A stretch of DNA of 64,000 bases. Source: a virus (taxonomy: Duplodnaviria > Heunggongvirae > Uroviricota > Caudoviricetes). Where the stretch lies: positions 1 through 64,000 of the IMG/VR virus record IMGVR_UViG_3300046002_005803. One strand, written 5' to 3'. Shown piece by piece: positions 1 to 8,974 of this stretch. Position numbers and translations under genes: made by a program. Position 1 is the stretch's first letter; every line of letters begins with the position of its first letter. The notes under the pieces were generated by a model, which saw nothing but the letters and a program-made list of their open reading frames with translations, was not told the origin of the DNA and searched no databases.

Positions 1-158
1 GGGCTTTAACATAAGCGGTAGTACTACCAAAATGCGGTGCACCAAAACTGTCACGACCTTTGCGTTGAGCATATTCTATTTTACCTTGTAACCAATCCTC
101 ATTGGGAACATCTATCCTCAGGGTACCTTCAGTGATGAATTCATTTGATCTCATTATA
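1..158 (-). CDS. Partial CDS (N-terminal 52 codons; the rest lies beyond the window start). N-terminus MRSNEFITEG matches the capsid-targeting-sequence pattern seen on other proteins here. Hypothetical packaged protein.
   Basis: Reverse complement of 1..158 reads ATGAGATCAAATGAATTCATCACTGAAGGT... = MRSNEFITEGTLRIDVPNEDW..., open to the window edge. The N-terminal motif M-R-x-x-E-F-I-x-E is shared with ORFs at 44448, 60514 and 41606. Confidence 0.4.
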
Positions 159-716
159 CTATTTATAGGGTTTGGCCCACCTGGTATTGATCACATTCCA
201 GTTTATGATCTTCCACTGTTCGGTTAAATACTTTTTCTTGTCTGAACCGTAGTCCAATATCCAGGCGTGTTCCCATCGGTCAACTAATAACAATATATCA
301 TCGCGTACTTCATGGTTCTTGATCGTTTTAATCTTACCATCAGTCGCTAAGTATACCCAACCCGATCCTTCTAACTTCATAAATTCAGTTTCAAATTCAG
401 ACTTCATGTTATCATAATCACCATAGTGCTTATTGATGAATCCAAACATAGGGCCGTTGGGTTTGTTATTGTTTCTTACTTCACGGAATTGAGGGAATAA
501 GGTGTTATGCAAAAAAGCACCTGCATAGTTGAAATCTCTGTCACCCTCTTTTTTGTTGTAGCGTTCAGCGTAACCGTGGGCTAGTTTCCCGTAGTGTAGA
601 TCCAATGTATCTTTGGATAGAACGGGACTAACTTCAGCCGGAGTGAAGTTTAGTGGTATAATTTCTATGTCTTGCGGTTTACTCTTTTCCTCAAGTAACT
701 GGATTAAATGTCGCAT
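159..716 (-). CDS. sod: Fe/Mn-type superoxide dismutase with an extra ~18-aa N-terminal extension
   Basis: C-terminal DRWEHAWILDYG matches the Fe/Mn SOD signature D-x-W-E-H-A-Y-Y; GSGWVYL resembles FGSGWAWL; N-terminal region has LHYGKLAHGY (SOD H..KHH-like) and LNFTPAEVSP (resembles FELPALPY..LEP). Residues 1-18 (MRHLIQLLEEKSKPQDIE) precede the normal SOD start. Confidence 0.75.
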   Translation of the reverse strand: MRHLIQLLEEKSKPQDIEIIPLNFTPAEVSPVLSKDTLDLHYGKLAHGYAERYNKKEGDRDFNYAGAFLHNTLFPQFREVRNNNKPNGPMFGFINKHYGDYDNMKSEFETEFMKLEGSGWVYLATDGKIKTIKNHEVRDDILLLVDRWEHAWILDYGSDKKKYLTEQWKIINWNVINTRWAKPYK

Positions 717-740
717 AATATGTATTTATGCGTTGTCGTC

Positions 741-953
741 TTAAAGACGCCTAATTATTCTTCCCTTAGACAAATCATAAGGTGAAAATTCTACTGAAAC
801 TGTATCACCTAGTAATATTTTAATATCGTTCTTACGCATACGACCACTGATGTAACCAGTAACTACATTACTTAGATTCATCTGTACTTTGAACATGGCA
901 TTGGGTAATACATCAATTACCTTGCCATCCATCTTAATTCCTTCTTCTTTCAT
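741..953 (-). CDS. infA: Translation initiation factor IF-1 (S1-like OB fold)
   Basis: 70 aa, [24 protein letters not shown]...[36 protein letters not shown]. Near-colinear with bacterial IF-1 ([64 protein letters not shown]). Confidence 0.8.
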   Translation of the reverse strand: [70 protein letters not shown]

Positions 954-976
954 TTAGTTTATTAAACTCCTTTTAA

Positions 977-1372
977 TTATCTACGCATCCGTGCAATATC
1001 AATTGCATCTTGGTCACAGAACACCGGTACTGCGTTGCTCTTGTGAAGTTGACCAACCCCTAACATCTTCGTTCCTGTATATTTTGGTGATGGTTTGCTA
1101 GATACAGGACCAGAATGCCCGGTATCTAAACTCTTAATGTGATGTGTGTTTGTACGACCTACTGGGGTACTAAGTGAATAGATCAATGGTTCTGCTGCCA
1201 TTGCTCGTTTTTGTTTCTTTAGCCCCTGCTCAACACCCCATTTTTTCTGTAGGGTGTGCCAGTCAGATGCTAGTTCACGATGTTTTTGTGCTTCCTCAGC
1301 ATTGCGAAACTTGACTTTACCTTTGCTTTTGCCGCCCATTGATAATGCGGGGTGCATCATGTGCATAGTCAT
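977..1372 (-). CDS. Hypothetical protein (131 aa, basic)
   Basis: Long ORF preceded by a consensus promoter. No motif recognised. Confidence 0.35.
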   Translation of the reverse strand: MTMHMMHPALSMGGKSKGKVKFRNAEEAQKHRELASDWHTLQKKWGVEQGLKKQKRAMAAEPLIYSLSTPVGRTNTHHIKSLDTGHSGPVSSKPSPKYTGTKMLGVGQLHKSNAVPVFCDQDAIDIARMRR

Positions 1373-1401
1373 ATAGATAGAAACATAGTTAATGTGACTG
1401 T

Positions 1402-1430
1402 AGTATAGCAGAAAGAGGATTTATCGTCAA
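1402..1430 (-). promoter_or_regulatory. Sigma70-like promoter (TTGACG -17 bp- TATACT) reading into 977..1372
   Basis: Reverse complement of 1402..1430 = TTGACGataaatcctctttctgcTATACT; consensus -35, 17-nt spacer, near-consensus -10. Confidence 0.5.
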
Positions 1431-1433
1431 TCA

Positions 1434-1811
1434 TTATCGTTTTAGGGTTGCCCAAATCTGTTCTTTTTCAATGATTTCAGCTTCTAATTCCATATACGCT
1501 TTACGCAATCCACGCAAGTTTTCCCATTTTTCTTCTAGTCTTTCATTGGGATGTAGTATCGCTAATCGTTCTTCAATCTTAGTCAATGACTCATTTAGAC
1601 TTTTACCTTTAATTTTAATATCACCTTCAAACTCAGCATCACCTTTAACTTGCATTACTCCCGTGCCGATCGTACCGGGTTTAATAGTAAGTGAATCCAT
1701 CCAATAAGGTGAGGCAGTTGTGTTAGTAGTAAAAACTAAGGCAGTACTATTAGGTGAAGTGTAAGTACCTAAAGTATCGGTGGCAGTTGATTGTTGAATG
1801 TTGTAGGTCAT
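1434..1811 (-). CDS. Hypothetical protein (125 aa; Thr/Ser-rich N-terminus, coiled-coil C-terminus)
   Basis: ORF only. Confidence 0.35.
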   Translation of the reverse strand: MTYNIQQSTATDTLGTYTSPNSTALVFTTNTTASPYWMDSLTIKPGTIGTGVMQVKGDAEFEGDIKIKGKSLNESLTKIEERLAILHPNERLEEKWENLRGLRKAYMELEAEIIEKEQIWATLKR

Positions 1812-1996
1812 GTTTTCTTTAATATGTAACGGCCCGCCTCATCAAAACCAATTTCAATGTTGTCTCCCTCTTTCCAACCCATTTTATCTAATAATGCCTG
1901 TGGAATAGGTAATAGTAAATCATCTTCACTATCAGGGCTTGGTTGCGTTATTACTTCATAACGCATTTTTTCTTGTCCGGGATTAGGTTTAGCCAT
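1808..1996 (-). CDS. Small protein with a possible AbrB/MazE-type swapped-hairpin DNA-binding fold
   Basis: LLLPIPQALLDKMGWKEGDNIEIGFD resembles the SpoVT/AbrB motif (vvIPkeiReklglkeGDklei). Stop-start overlap with the upstream ORF. Confidence 0.3.
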   Translation of the reverse strand: MAKPNPGQEKMRYEVITQPSPDSEDDLLLPIPQALLDKMGWKEGDNIEIGFDEAGRYILKKT

Positions 1997-2027
1997 ACAT
2001 TAGTATACTATATTAGTATAAGGATAC

Positions 2028-2594
2028 TCAAGTTTTATGGATATACGGTCCATAAATCTTTTCCAGTTCATGGATAGTTTGTGCAGTATTAGCATCTTCA
2101 TGCTTAACCGCGATACCACCTGCGTTGCTCCATGCTTCTAAATACTTACCAAAATCATCTACCAAAACATTTGGTTCACCATCTTGTGTGGCGTATTTGA
2201 ACTTTCCACTGGTGAAAATAGCTTCACCACTTGTACCCGGATTATATTGATCTAACCAGTGTTTTTTACCGTCAATGCTGCTTTGCTTAAACGGGCCTCG
2301 TAACGGAGCAGACAACACAGTATAGGGAATCTTGTTATCTTTCAGCCACATGATAATACGCATTCCACCGGTCAATGGTTTCAAGTCTTTGAAAAATTGA
2401 TAAATTTGTTCTGGACTAGAATTTGCTAATTCGTTGATAGCTTCTTCCGGATTTGGGATTGCTTTATAAGTTGAAACATTGTGTTTTTGTGCCCATGCTC
2501 CAAAAAAATCCGCTTGTACACCGTCCATATCTAGATACAAATGTGGCATTTTCGCTTCAGCCGTATCTTCTAATAATTCTCTTATTTGCATCAT
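2028..2594 (-). CDS. HAD-superfamily 5'(3')-deoxyribonucleotidase
   Basis: N-terminal HLYLDMDGVQADF is the DxDGV(L)aDF motif I of 5'(3')-deoxyribonucleotidases; size of 188 aa is typical. Confidence 0.65.
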   Translation of the reverse strand: MMQIRELLEDTAEAKMPHLYLDMDGVQADFFGAWAQKHNVSTYKAIPNPEEAINELANSSPEQIYQFFKDLKPLTGGMRIIMWLKDNKIPYTVLSAPLRGPFKQSSIDGKKHWLDQYNPGTSGEAIFTSGKFKYATQDGEPNVLVDDFGKYLEAWSNAGGIAVKHEDANTAQTIHELEKIYGPYIHKT

Positions 2595-2714
2595 AATATT
2601 TATCTGTAATTGAGTTTAGACTATTTTAACACTAAATACATGATATGTAACATAATAAGGAAAAATGCATGGTATTAAGGTGAGTAAACCATAATATTTA
2701 ACATAAATACAACT

Positions 2715-3545
2715 ATGAAACAATTACTCACACTCCTAATATTGCTGTTCTCGGCACTTGTCTATGCACAATCTCCAACTTCAACAGTACCACTTTCCCC
2801 GGATATAGCCGCAATTAAGAAGAAAAATGTCTTGGTTGTAGCAATGACCAAAAAAGATAACCCTCCCTTCTTTAGTGGGGATGAAAAAAACATACGCGGG
2901 CTAGATGTTGAAATTGCTCAACGCATAGGGGTATTACTTGGGGTGCCTGTGGAATTTCGCAGAGATGCAGAAAGTTTTGCCGATGTAGTTGAACAAGTTA
3001 GGTCTGGTGCCGCAGATGTTGCAGTAAGTAAACTGTCAATCACAGGTCCAAGACTACTTACAGTTCGCTTTAGTGATCCGTACATCAAACTCAAGCAAGC
3101 AATGATTATTAATCGCTTATGGCTAAGTCAACACGGTCAAGGCCGAGAAGTGTATGAAGTGATTAGAACATTTAACGGCAAGATATCTTTCATCCGTAAC
3201 AGTAGTTATGATACATTTGCCCGTGCAAATTTCCCCAAAGCAATATATACTCCCGAAGATAGTTGGGATACGATTGTCAATAATGTAACTAGCGGTGCAA
3301 TTGCTGCTGGATATAGAGATGAGTTTGAAATTAAGAAAATCTCATTTGAAAAGCCTAATGCAGCAATTACTACAAAAACTGTAACTATTTCTGACTCTAT
3401 TGATAATATTGCAGTTGCAGTAAATATTAACTCACCCCAACTACTAAGCATAGTAAACTATGTAATTAAAAATGATTACAGTAATATTGACACTAAAAAG
3501 TTAATGGACCGATACAAGGCTGAAAAGTCTCCTGTAAAGAAATAA
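2715..3545 (+). CDS. Periplasmic solute-binding protein (SBP_bac_3 / amino-acid ABC-type binding fold) with signal peptide
   Basis: N-terminal MKQLLTLLILLFSALVYAQS signal peptide. NVLVVAMTKKDNPPFF..GLDVEIAQRIGVLLGVPVEF...GAADVAVSKLSITGPRLLTVRFSDPY matches the family-3 SBP core. Plus strand, divergent from flanking minus-strand genes. Confidence 0.7.
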   Translation: MKQLLTLLILLFSALVYAQSPTSTVPLSPDIAAIKKKNVLVVAMTKKDNPPFFSGDEKNIRGLDVEIAQRIGVLLGVPVEFRRDAESFADVVEQVRSGAADVAVSKLSITGPRLLTVRFSDPYIKLKQAMIINRLWLSQHGQGREVYEVIRTFNGKISFIRNSSYDTFARANFPKAIYTPEDSWDTIVNNVTSGAIAAGYRDEFEIKKISFEKPNAAITTKTVTISDSIDNIAVAVNINSPQLLSIVNYVIKNDYSNIDTKKLMDRYKAEKSPVKK

Positions 3546-3557
3546 TTAGGAAATAAA

Positions 3558-4844
3558 ATGAAATTTAATTTAAAAAACTTCTTATCTAGTCCGTGGACTA
3601 TTTTAGGATCAATCATAATCGGAGTGTTGGCAGGAGTACATGCACCTGCATTAAGTATGAACTTTGAAAGTGTTGGTGGAATTTACATTAGCTTGCTTAA
3701 AGTTGTTGTAGTACCTTTCTTGCTTGCAACAATTTTAGTTGGGGTTGTTAGTCTTTTACAGAAAGAAGGCAGCGCCGCAATGATACGAAAGATTATCATA
3801 GGCTTCATTGCAAGTATGTTCATTGCCGCAGTGATAGGAGTTGGTACTGTTGCTGTTACCGGCAGTGAAATGACACCTGCAAAACAATCTCAACTTGGTG
3901 CAATTGTCAACGATAAAGATTCTGGTAGTGATCTAAACATCACTCTAACAGAACCCATGCCCAAGGCTCCACATATTGATCCAATACTGATGGCACAAAA
4001 GTTTATTCCGGAAAACATCTTTAACACCCTGGCTGCAGGTGAAAGTTTAAAGATTGTTATCTTTTGTTTGATATTTGGTATTGCACTGGGCAATATTAAA
4101 AGTTCTGGACAAGAAATGCTAGTAGATGTATTGAAAAGTGTACAACAGGCCAGCATCAGTATCTTTAAGTTTTTAAACTACTTTCTACCGTTTGCTTTAT
4201 TAGCAATGATCAGCAGTCAAGTTGGTAAAGTTGGAGTTGGCATATTCTTGACCATGGTTGAGTTTATCATGCAACAAGCAATTGGTGGATTCTTAATTAT
4301 TGCACTAGGTACTGTTGTCATCTGGAAGCGTTCAGGTCTTAGCTTGATGACTGTTATTCGTGAAACCAAAGAAACACTAATTGTTGCGGTTAGCTCACGC
4401 AGTAGTTTAGCATGTATCCCATACGCACAAGAAGCATTGCATAAGTTGAAATTTGACAAAACAGGTGTTGAGTTAACTGTTCCGCTGAGTTTTACAGTTA
4501 ATCGTATTGGTAGTATTGCGTATTATGCAATTGCCACAGTGTTTATTGCCAACATTTATGGGGCTCCAATGGGAGTAACCGGGTTGTTAGTTGTATTGTT
4601 TGGTAGTATTCTTGCTGGGCTAGCCAGTGCAGGTACAACAGGTATTCTTACAGTTGCTACCGTAGCAGTTGTTTGTGATTTATTAAAACTTCCAAGTGAA
4701 GCAGTATTGGTATTGTTGATTGCAGTTGATCCATTAATGGACATGATTCGTACAGCAAGCCATGTACACGGTAATGTGGCTGTGACCGCTTTCGTGTGTG
4801 ATAAAGAGCCAGAATATGGACAAGATCAAAGAGTTACTGCTTAG
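3558..4844 (+). CDS. Dicarboxylate/amino-acid:cation symporter (DAACS / GltP-like) integral membrane protein
   Basis: 428 aa, multiple TM segments. C-terminal IAVDPLMDMIRTASHVHGNVAVTAFV matches the conserved DAACS motif (aiDR..DM.RTavNV.GD). Confidence 0.7.
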   Translation: MKFNLKNFLSSPWTILGSIIIGVLAGVHAPALSMNFESVGGIYISLLKVVVVPFLLATILVGVVSLLQKEGSAAMIRKIIIGFIASMFIAAVIGVGTVAVTGSEMTPAKQSQLGAIVNDKDSGSDLNITLTEPMPKAPHIDPILMAQKFIPENIFNTLAAGESLKIVIFCLIFGIALGNIKSSGQEMLVDVLKSVQQASISIFKFLNYFLPFALLAMISSQVGKVGVGIFLTMVEFIMQQAIGGFLIIALGTVVIWKRSGLSLMTVIRETKETLIVAVSSRSSLACIPYAQEALHKLKFDKTGVELTVPLSFTVNRIGSIAYYAIATVFIANIYGAPMGVTGLLVVLFGSILAGLASAGTTGILTVATVAVVCDLLKLPSEAVLVLLIAVDPLMDMIRTASHVHGNVAVTAFVCDKEPEYGQDQRVTA

Positions 4845-5421
4845 TTTATTAAACTACATAGGTGAAAGTCCATTTCGCTTATTCACGGTTATTCTATTAT
4901 GTGTACTGGGATTTGGCGGATGGATCATATACTCAGAAAAAGATGCGTTTATTGCTAGTTATCGGGCTCAACAGGCCATGCCAAAGATGAATGGCCGATA
5001 TGAGGATGCACATAACTTTTTGCTGAAAAACACCACTGCTGAAATGGTGGCTATATTAGAAGTAAATACACTTTCAAATACAAGAAAAATAGCATTTTTA
5101 TCTACCCGCGGCGCCGGTAGAGATAAAAATCACGATGGTGTTAATGTTGGGTTGTTCTCAAAAAATTATGATAACAACACCGATGTGATCAGTTTAATGT
5201 CGGGTAAAATTCCCTGTAGTTCATATCTCAAACCGCAAAGTTTGATTGGATTTGTATATCGTGATTATGGGGTGAATTTCATGTGCAGAATCAGTGTACC
5301 GGCTGAACCCGGTGTTTTCATTGGACAAATAAGTGTGGGTTGGAAAGAACCCCCAGACAACATAGAAGAAATTCAAACCGCTATGATGATTGCTTCTTCA
5401 ATACTGTATAGTAAGAAATGA
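4816..5421 (+). CDS. Hypothetical membrane-anchored protein
   Basis: ORF track starts at 4798, but the in-frame ATG at 4816 (MDKIKELL...) avoids most overlap with the transporter gene. One N-terminal TM helix. Confidence 0.35.
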   Translation: MDKIKELLLSLLNYIGESPFRLFTVILLCVLGFGGWIIYSEKDAFIASYRAQQAMPKMNGRYEDAHNFLLKNTTAEMVAILEVNTLSNTRKIAFLSTRGAGRDKNHDGVNVGLFSKNYDNNTDVISLMSGKIPCSSYLKPQSLIGFVYRDYGVNFMCRISVPAEPGVFIGQISVGWKEPPDNIEEIQTAMMIASSILYSKK

Positions 5422-5476
5422 TACTTCCTTCTATTATCAGTGTTGTGTTACTAGTGATACTAATATTGGTGTTAAT

Positions 5477-6190
5477 ATGAGCAAGCGGCTTGGTGTATTG
5501 GGTGGTATGGGGCCTGCTGCTTCAGCCGAATTTATGGTAAGACTGATTGCTCAAACTCCGGCAAAGCGTGACCAAGACCATATCCCTGCAATTCTTTGGA
5601 GCGACACCACAGTTCCAGACCGTAGCACTAGTATGCGAAATGGTGATGACAAACCGTTACCCTACCTGTTAGCGGGAATACAAGGATTAATATCAACCGG
5701 TTGTAATATAATTGTTATACCATGCAATACTGCACATTTTTGGTTTAACGAAATGGAAAAACAAGCATCGTGGCATGCTAAAATTGCTCATATTGTAGAT
5801 AGTGTTGCAGATGCATTAAGAGACATAAAAGTTACTAATGCTAAAATAGGCGTCATGGGTACACAAGCAACTATTGAGTTGGGTATGTATCAGTACCGTC
5901 TAAATAAGTTAGGTTGGGATTGTATTGCACCGACTAAAGAAGAAATGGATACACTAGTACAGCCTGCCATTGATTTAATTAAAGCCAATCAGATTGCAGA
6001 AGCATATCCAATGTTAATGACTGTAATTCATAGTCTTATTGACAAAGGAGCAAAAGCAGTGGTATTAGGCTGCACTGAAATACCACTGTCTATTAAAGAA
6101 GATACAGTACAGGATACACCAATAATTAACAGCATTGACAGTTTAGTAAAGTCTGTTATTAAAGAATTCAAAAAGGGGAAACTAACATGA
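5477..6190 (+). CDS. Aspartate racemase (Asp/Glu racemase superfamily)
   Basis: MSKRLGVLGGMGPAASAEFMVRLIAQTPAKRDQDHIPAIL...IIVIPCNTAHFWF has a near-identical motif order to archaeal/bacterial aspartate racemase (IGILGGMGPLAT...TPAKRDQEH...IMPCNTAH). The track ORF starts at 5390, but the ATG at 5477 begins the conserved N-terminus. Confidence 0.8.
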   Translation: MSKRLGVLGGMGPAASAEFMVRLIAQTPAKRDQDHIPAILWSDTTVPDRSTSMRNGDDKPLPYLLAGIQGLISTGCNIIVIPCNTAHFWFNEMEKQASWHAKIAHIVDSVADALRDIKVTNAKIGVMGTQATIELGMYQYRLNKLGWDCIAPTKEEMDTLVQPAIDLIKANQIAEAYPMLMTVIHSLIDKGAKAVVLGCTEIPLSIKEDTVQDTPIINSIDSLVKSVIKEFKKGKLT

Positions 6191-6513
6191 ACTTATCATC
6201 GGTTATATTTGTAATCGCAGTATTTGCCTCAGGTGGTGTTTTCGCACAAGCAAAAAGTCCCGAAGAACTTGTGAATGTGAAAATAGCATGTTATGATACT
6301 GATATACTAATTAAAACATTACTTGATACACATAAAGAGTATCCCATACTTATGGGGATAACCGACGATAACGCAAATTCCACTATGGCAGTTTGGATAA
6401 ACTTTAGAACTAAAACATGGACTATAGTTGCTACTAAGGAAAAGGTAAGCTGTGTTATTGTATCAGGTAAGGGAATAGAATTAGTTCCATATAAAAAGGA
6501 ACCAATGATTTGA
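6187..6513 (+). CDS. Small secreted protein (signal peptide), function unknown
   Basis: MNLSSVIFVIAVFASGGVFAQA signal peptide; stop-start overlaps with both neighbours. Confidence 0.4.
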   Translation: MNLSSVIFVIAVFASGGVFAQAKSPEELVNVKIACYDTDILIKTLLDTHKEYPILMGITDDNANSTMAVWINFRTKTWTIVATKEKVSCVIVSGKGIELVPYKKEPMI

Positions 6514-7247
6514 AGAAAACTGTACTATTTTTGCTATTAGCCGCATCCCAATGTGTAACTTATGCACAATCCAATTTAACGGCTCAAGCATGGTTGATTG
6601 CAGATGCTAATGGTGCAATACTTGAGGGTGTGCATACCACTGAGGTTAGGGCTATTGCTAGTATAACTAAATTAATGACAAGTATGGTTGTATTAGATAG
6701 TGGGCAATCATTAACTGAAACAATTCCCAAGAAACTTTACAATAGAAAATTCACCAGACAAGAATTATTCAATTTAGCAATTGTTAAATCAGACAACAAT
6801 GCTGCTAGAATGTTATGCGAATACTATCCTGGTGGAGTTAAAAAATGTGTTGAAGCAATGAATACAAAAGCTAGTTCATTAGCTATGAATAATAGCCGGT
6901 TTACTGACCCAACTGGGTTGTTTAACACCAATGTAAGTACCGCAGAAGATTTAGTTAAATTAGTAATGGCTGCAAAGAATTACCCAATCATCACTAATGC
7001 AAGTAATACATCAATCATTAAATGGAAAATCAATAAGAAGAAATCTGCGGTCTTTCACAATACTAACAGGCTAGTGGGCAAAGGTGTTGATTTTATAGTA
7101 AGTAAAACAGGATGGATAACTGCCAGTGGCGGATGTATTGTTATGATGTTACAGGGTGAGCAGGGTATTAGGACTGTAATCCTATTAGGTAGCAAGAATA
7201 CACAGACACGCATCCCAGAAGCGTATATGTTATCTAAGCTACATTAA
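6510..7247 (+). CDS. Serine-type D-Ala-D-Ala endopeptidase/carboxypeptidase (peptidase S11, PbpG/PBP7-like), secreted
   Basis: Signal peptide, SxxK (ASITKLMTSMVVLD), SxN (VKSDNNAARML) and KTG (VSKTGWITASG) motifs in the canonical order. Strong resemblance to the E. coli PbpG core. Apparent TTG start at 6510. Confidence 0.75.
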   Translation: MKKTVLFLLLAASQCVTYAQSNLTAQAWLIADANGAILEGVHTTEVRAIASITKLMTSMVVLDSGQSLTETIPKKLYNRKFTRQELFNLAIVKSDNNAARMLCEYYPGGVKKCVEAMNTKASSLAMNNSRFTDPTGLFNTNVSTAEDLVKLVMAAKNYPIITNASNTSIIKWKINKKKSAVFHNTNRLVGKGVDFIVSKTGWITASGGCIVMMLQGEQGIRTVILLGSKNTQTRIPEAYMLSKLH

Positions 7248-7498
7248 TTCCGCTTGGGGGTATAATCTACTCCTGCTACGGGAGTAAAGTCTTTGGTTAG
7301 ATTGTTTACCATATCTTCACCGTACTTCAATGTAAGCATACTGAAGTTTTGATCATTGCCGTCTTTTTTCAGACCAATCATAAAATATTGATACCAGCGT
7401 ATTTTAGGATTGGCAAACTTCTTAACAATATTGTCTTTTTCAATATCATCAAAATTATTATTTTCACGGTAAAAAGTATAATATTTCATTGTTTCCAC
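7244..7498 (-). CDS. Hypothetical protein
   Basis: ORF only. Confidence 0.3.
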   Translation of the reverse strand: METMKYYTFYRENNNFDDIEKDNIVKKFANPKIRWYQYFMIGLKKDGNDQNFSMLTLKYGEDMVNNLTKDFTPVAGVDYTPKRN

Positions 7499-7686
7499 AA
7501 CACAAAAGCTGTGTAGTCTCGTTCTTTTTCAAAGTAAAATTCATACATGCCACCATCACGCCCTGCAGGTATCAAGCAAGTATAACCCCATTCACCAATA
7601 CAGTTTCTCTCTAACCAACTAGTCATTGGTCTTAATTTGCCATAATCAATAATGATTTCAGACTTAAGATTTGTGTTTAGTAACAA
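7486..7686 (-). CDS. Hypothetical protein
   Basis: ORF only. Confidence 0.3.
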   Translation of the reverse strand: MLLNTNLKSEIIIDYGKLRPMTSWLERNCIGEWGYTCLIPAGRDGGMYEFYFEKERDYTAFVLWKQ

Positions 7687-8185
7687 CTACACCACTCTTT
7701 TCTAGGAATTCAATTCCAGCTGGATCTCTATAAGTATTGCGATAGTAAAGACTATTGATACCACTTTGATAAATCAACTTAGCGCAATTGATACATGGTG
7801 CATGAGTACAAAACATTGTTGCACCCTCGCTAGATTCTGTGCTTGCGGACACTTTCATTAGGGCGTTACTTTCTGAATGGAGGACCTCTGGTTTAGTTTT
7901 CAACCGATAGCGCCTGGCATATCCCAAGTCAGGCTCTATATCATCTTCAACAAAAGGCCATTGTTCATTAATTTCTTCAGGGGCTAGCCATCCACCAGCA
8001 TCACCACTCATGTATTCAACACTTTCACAATTGTTATCCCATCCACTTGGCATGCCATTAAATCCACTTGCAAGGATTTTGTTACCCTTGACAATTACTG
8101 ATCCAACTTGTAGGCGTTTAGCATAACTCAATGTACTAGTGAGTTCTGCTATCTGCATGTAATAATTTACAAATTTTTGCTTCAT
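7664..8185 (-). CDS. dCMP deaminase (cytidine/deoxycytidylate deaminase zinc-binding fold)
   Basis: HSESNAL (H-x-E) and CTHAPCINCAKLI (PCxxC) zinc-binding motifs with canonical spacing. Confidence 0.8.
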   Translation of the reverse strand: MKQKFVNYYMQIAELTSTLSYAKRLQVGSVIVKGNKILASGFNGMPSGWDNNCESVEYMSGDAGGWLAPEEINEQWPFVEDDIEPDLGYARRYRLKTKPEVLHSESNALMKVSASTESSEGATMFCTHAPCINCAKLIYQSGINSLYYRNTYRDPAGIEFLEKSGVVVTKHKS

Positions 8186-8421
8186 TTTAGGTAGAATGTT
8201 TTAATATGTGCTCTTGCTGAATTGTTTCCTAATATACTTAGTATATAATTCGTCTGCCCATATTTTTCACAAAATGCTGGTCCTAATTTAGTATCACCCT
8301 TAATTTCTTCAAACAGAAACTCTTTGCAAAAATCTTCAAATTCTTGTTTGGTAATAGTAAAACTTTTCTTACTTTTACCCGGTGTCCACATCTGTAATTG
8401 TTTGGCCATGTTACTAAACAT
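8182..8421 (-). CDS. Hypothetical protein
   Basis: ORF only. Confidence 0.3.
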   Translation of the reverse strand: MFSNMAKQLQMWTPGKSKKSFTITKQEFEDFCKEFLFEEIKGDTKLGPAFCEKYGQTNYILSILGNNSARAHIKTFYLK

Positions 8422-8422
8422 A

Positions 8423-8971
8423 CTAATTCCACAAACTACGAAAATACTTGCCGAACAACTCTAATCCTTCTTGGATGCGTTCGTCATGTTTCAAATGCCC
8501 AACACCATCGTACCAATGCTCTGCGGGATTCCTATCTACCATTTGATATGTAGCTTCTACTTTACCTGTAATTGGAGATTGTTTATTAAGATATATTTTG
8601 TCACTTTTGATCCAGTTGTACTCGGCATCACCATGATGATATTGATCAGTATAATCATCCTTGAGTATTTGCTCAAACGACCAAATCATTTTTTCTAAGA
8701 TTTCATCCCATCGTTCTGTGCCAACTTTCCATGATTCGTCATGGGTTTCTTGGTAGAAATCAAAACTACCTTGCACCCCAAATGCTTCGCCACCAACCTC
8801 ACCAAACTCAACGGGTACACCGTTCTTAGTTGCTTTAAGTTGAAGCAATGCTGGATAGATGATTAGTGCTAGTGTACAGTCTAAATTCCAAGTGTCGTAG
8901 TTATCAATCTGTACTTTGATCTTTCTAGTACCACTAGAGTTCTTTGGGAATTTACCAATATTTATTTTCAT
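8423..8971 (-). CDS. Hypothetical protein (182 aa)
   Basis: ORF only. Confidence 0.35.
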   Translation of the reverse strand: MKINIGKFPKNSSGTRKIKVQIDNYDTWNLDCTLALIIYPALLQLKATKNGVPVEFGEVGGEAFGVQGSFDFYQETHDESWKVGTERWDEILEKMIWSFEQILKDDYTDQYHHGDAEYNWIKSDKIYLNKQSPITGKVEATYQMVDRNPAEHWYDGVGHLKHDERIQEGLELFGKYFRSLWN

Positions 8972-8974
8972 GTG

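Noticed and set aside
1471-1707. Plus-strand ORFs lying antisense within minus-strand genes (e.g. 1471..1707, 3206..3451 minus within the plus-strand gene, 8471..8698, 12001..12294, 12893..13618, 21745..22104, 24129..24693, 27501..27776, 37190..37852, 54118..54543, 55584..55877, 56717..56996)
   Set aside because: These are shadow ORFs fully embedded in longer, motif-supported genes on the opposite strand. They have no RBS or promoter context and a low-complexity composition typical of antisense frames in AT-rich DNA.
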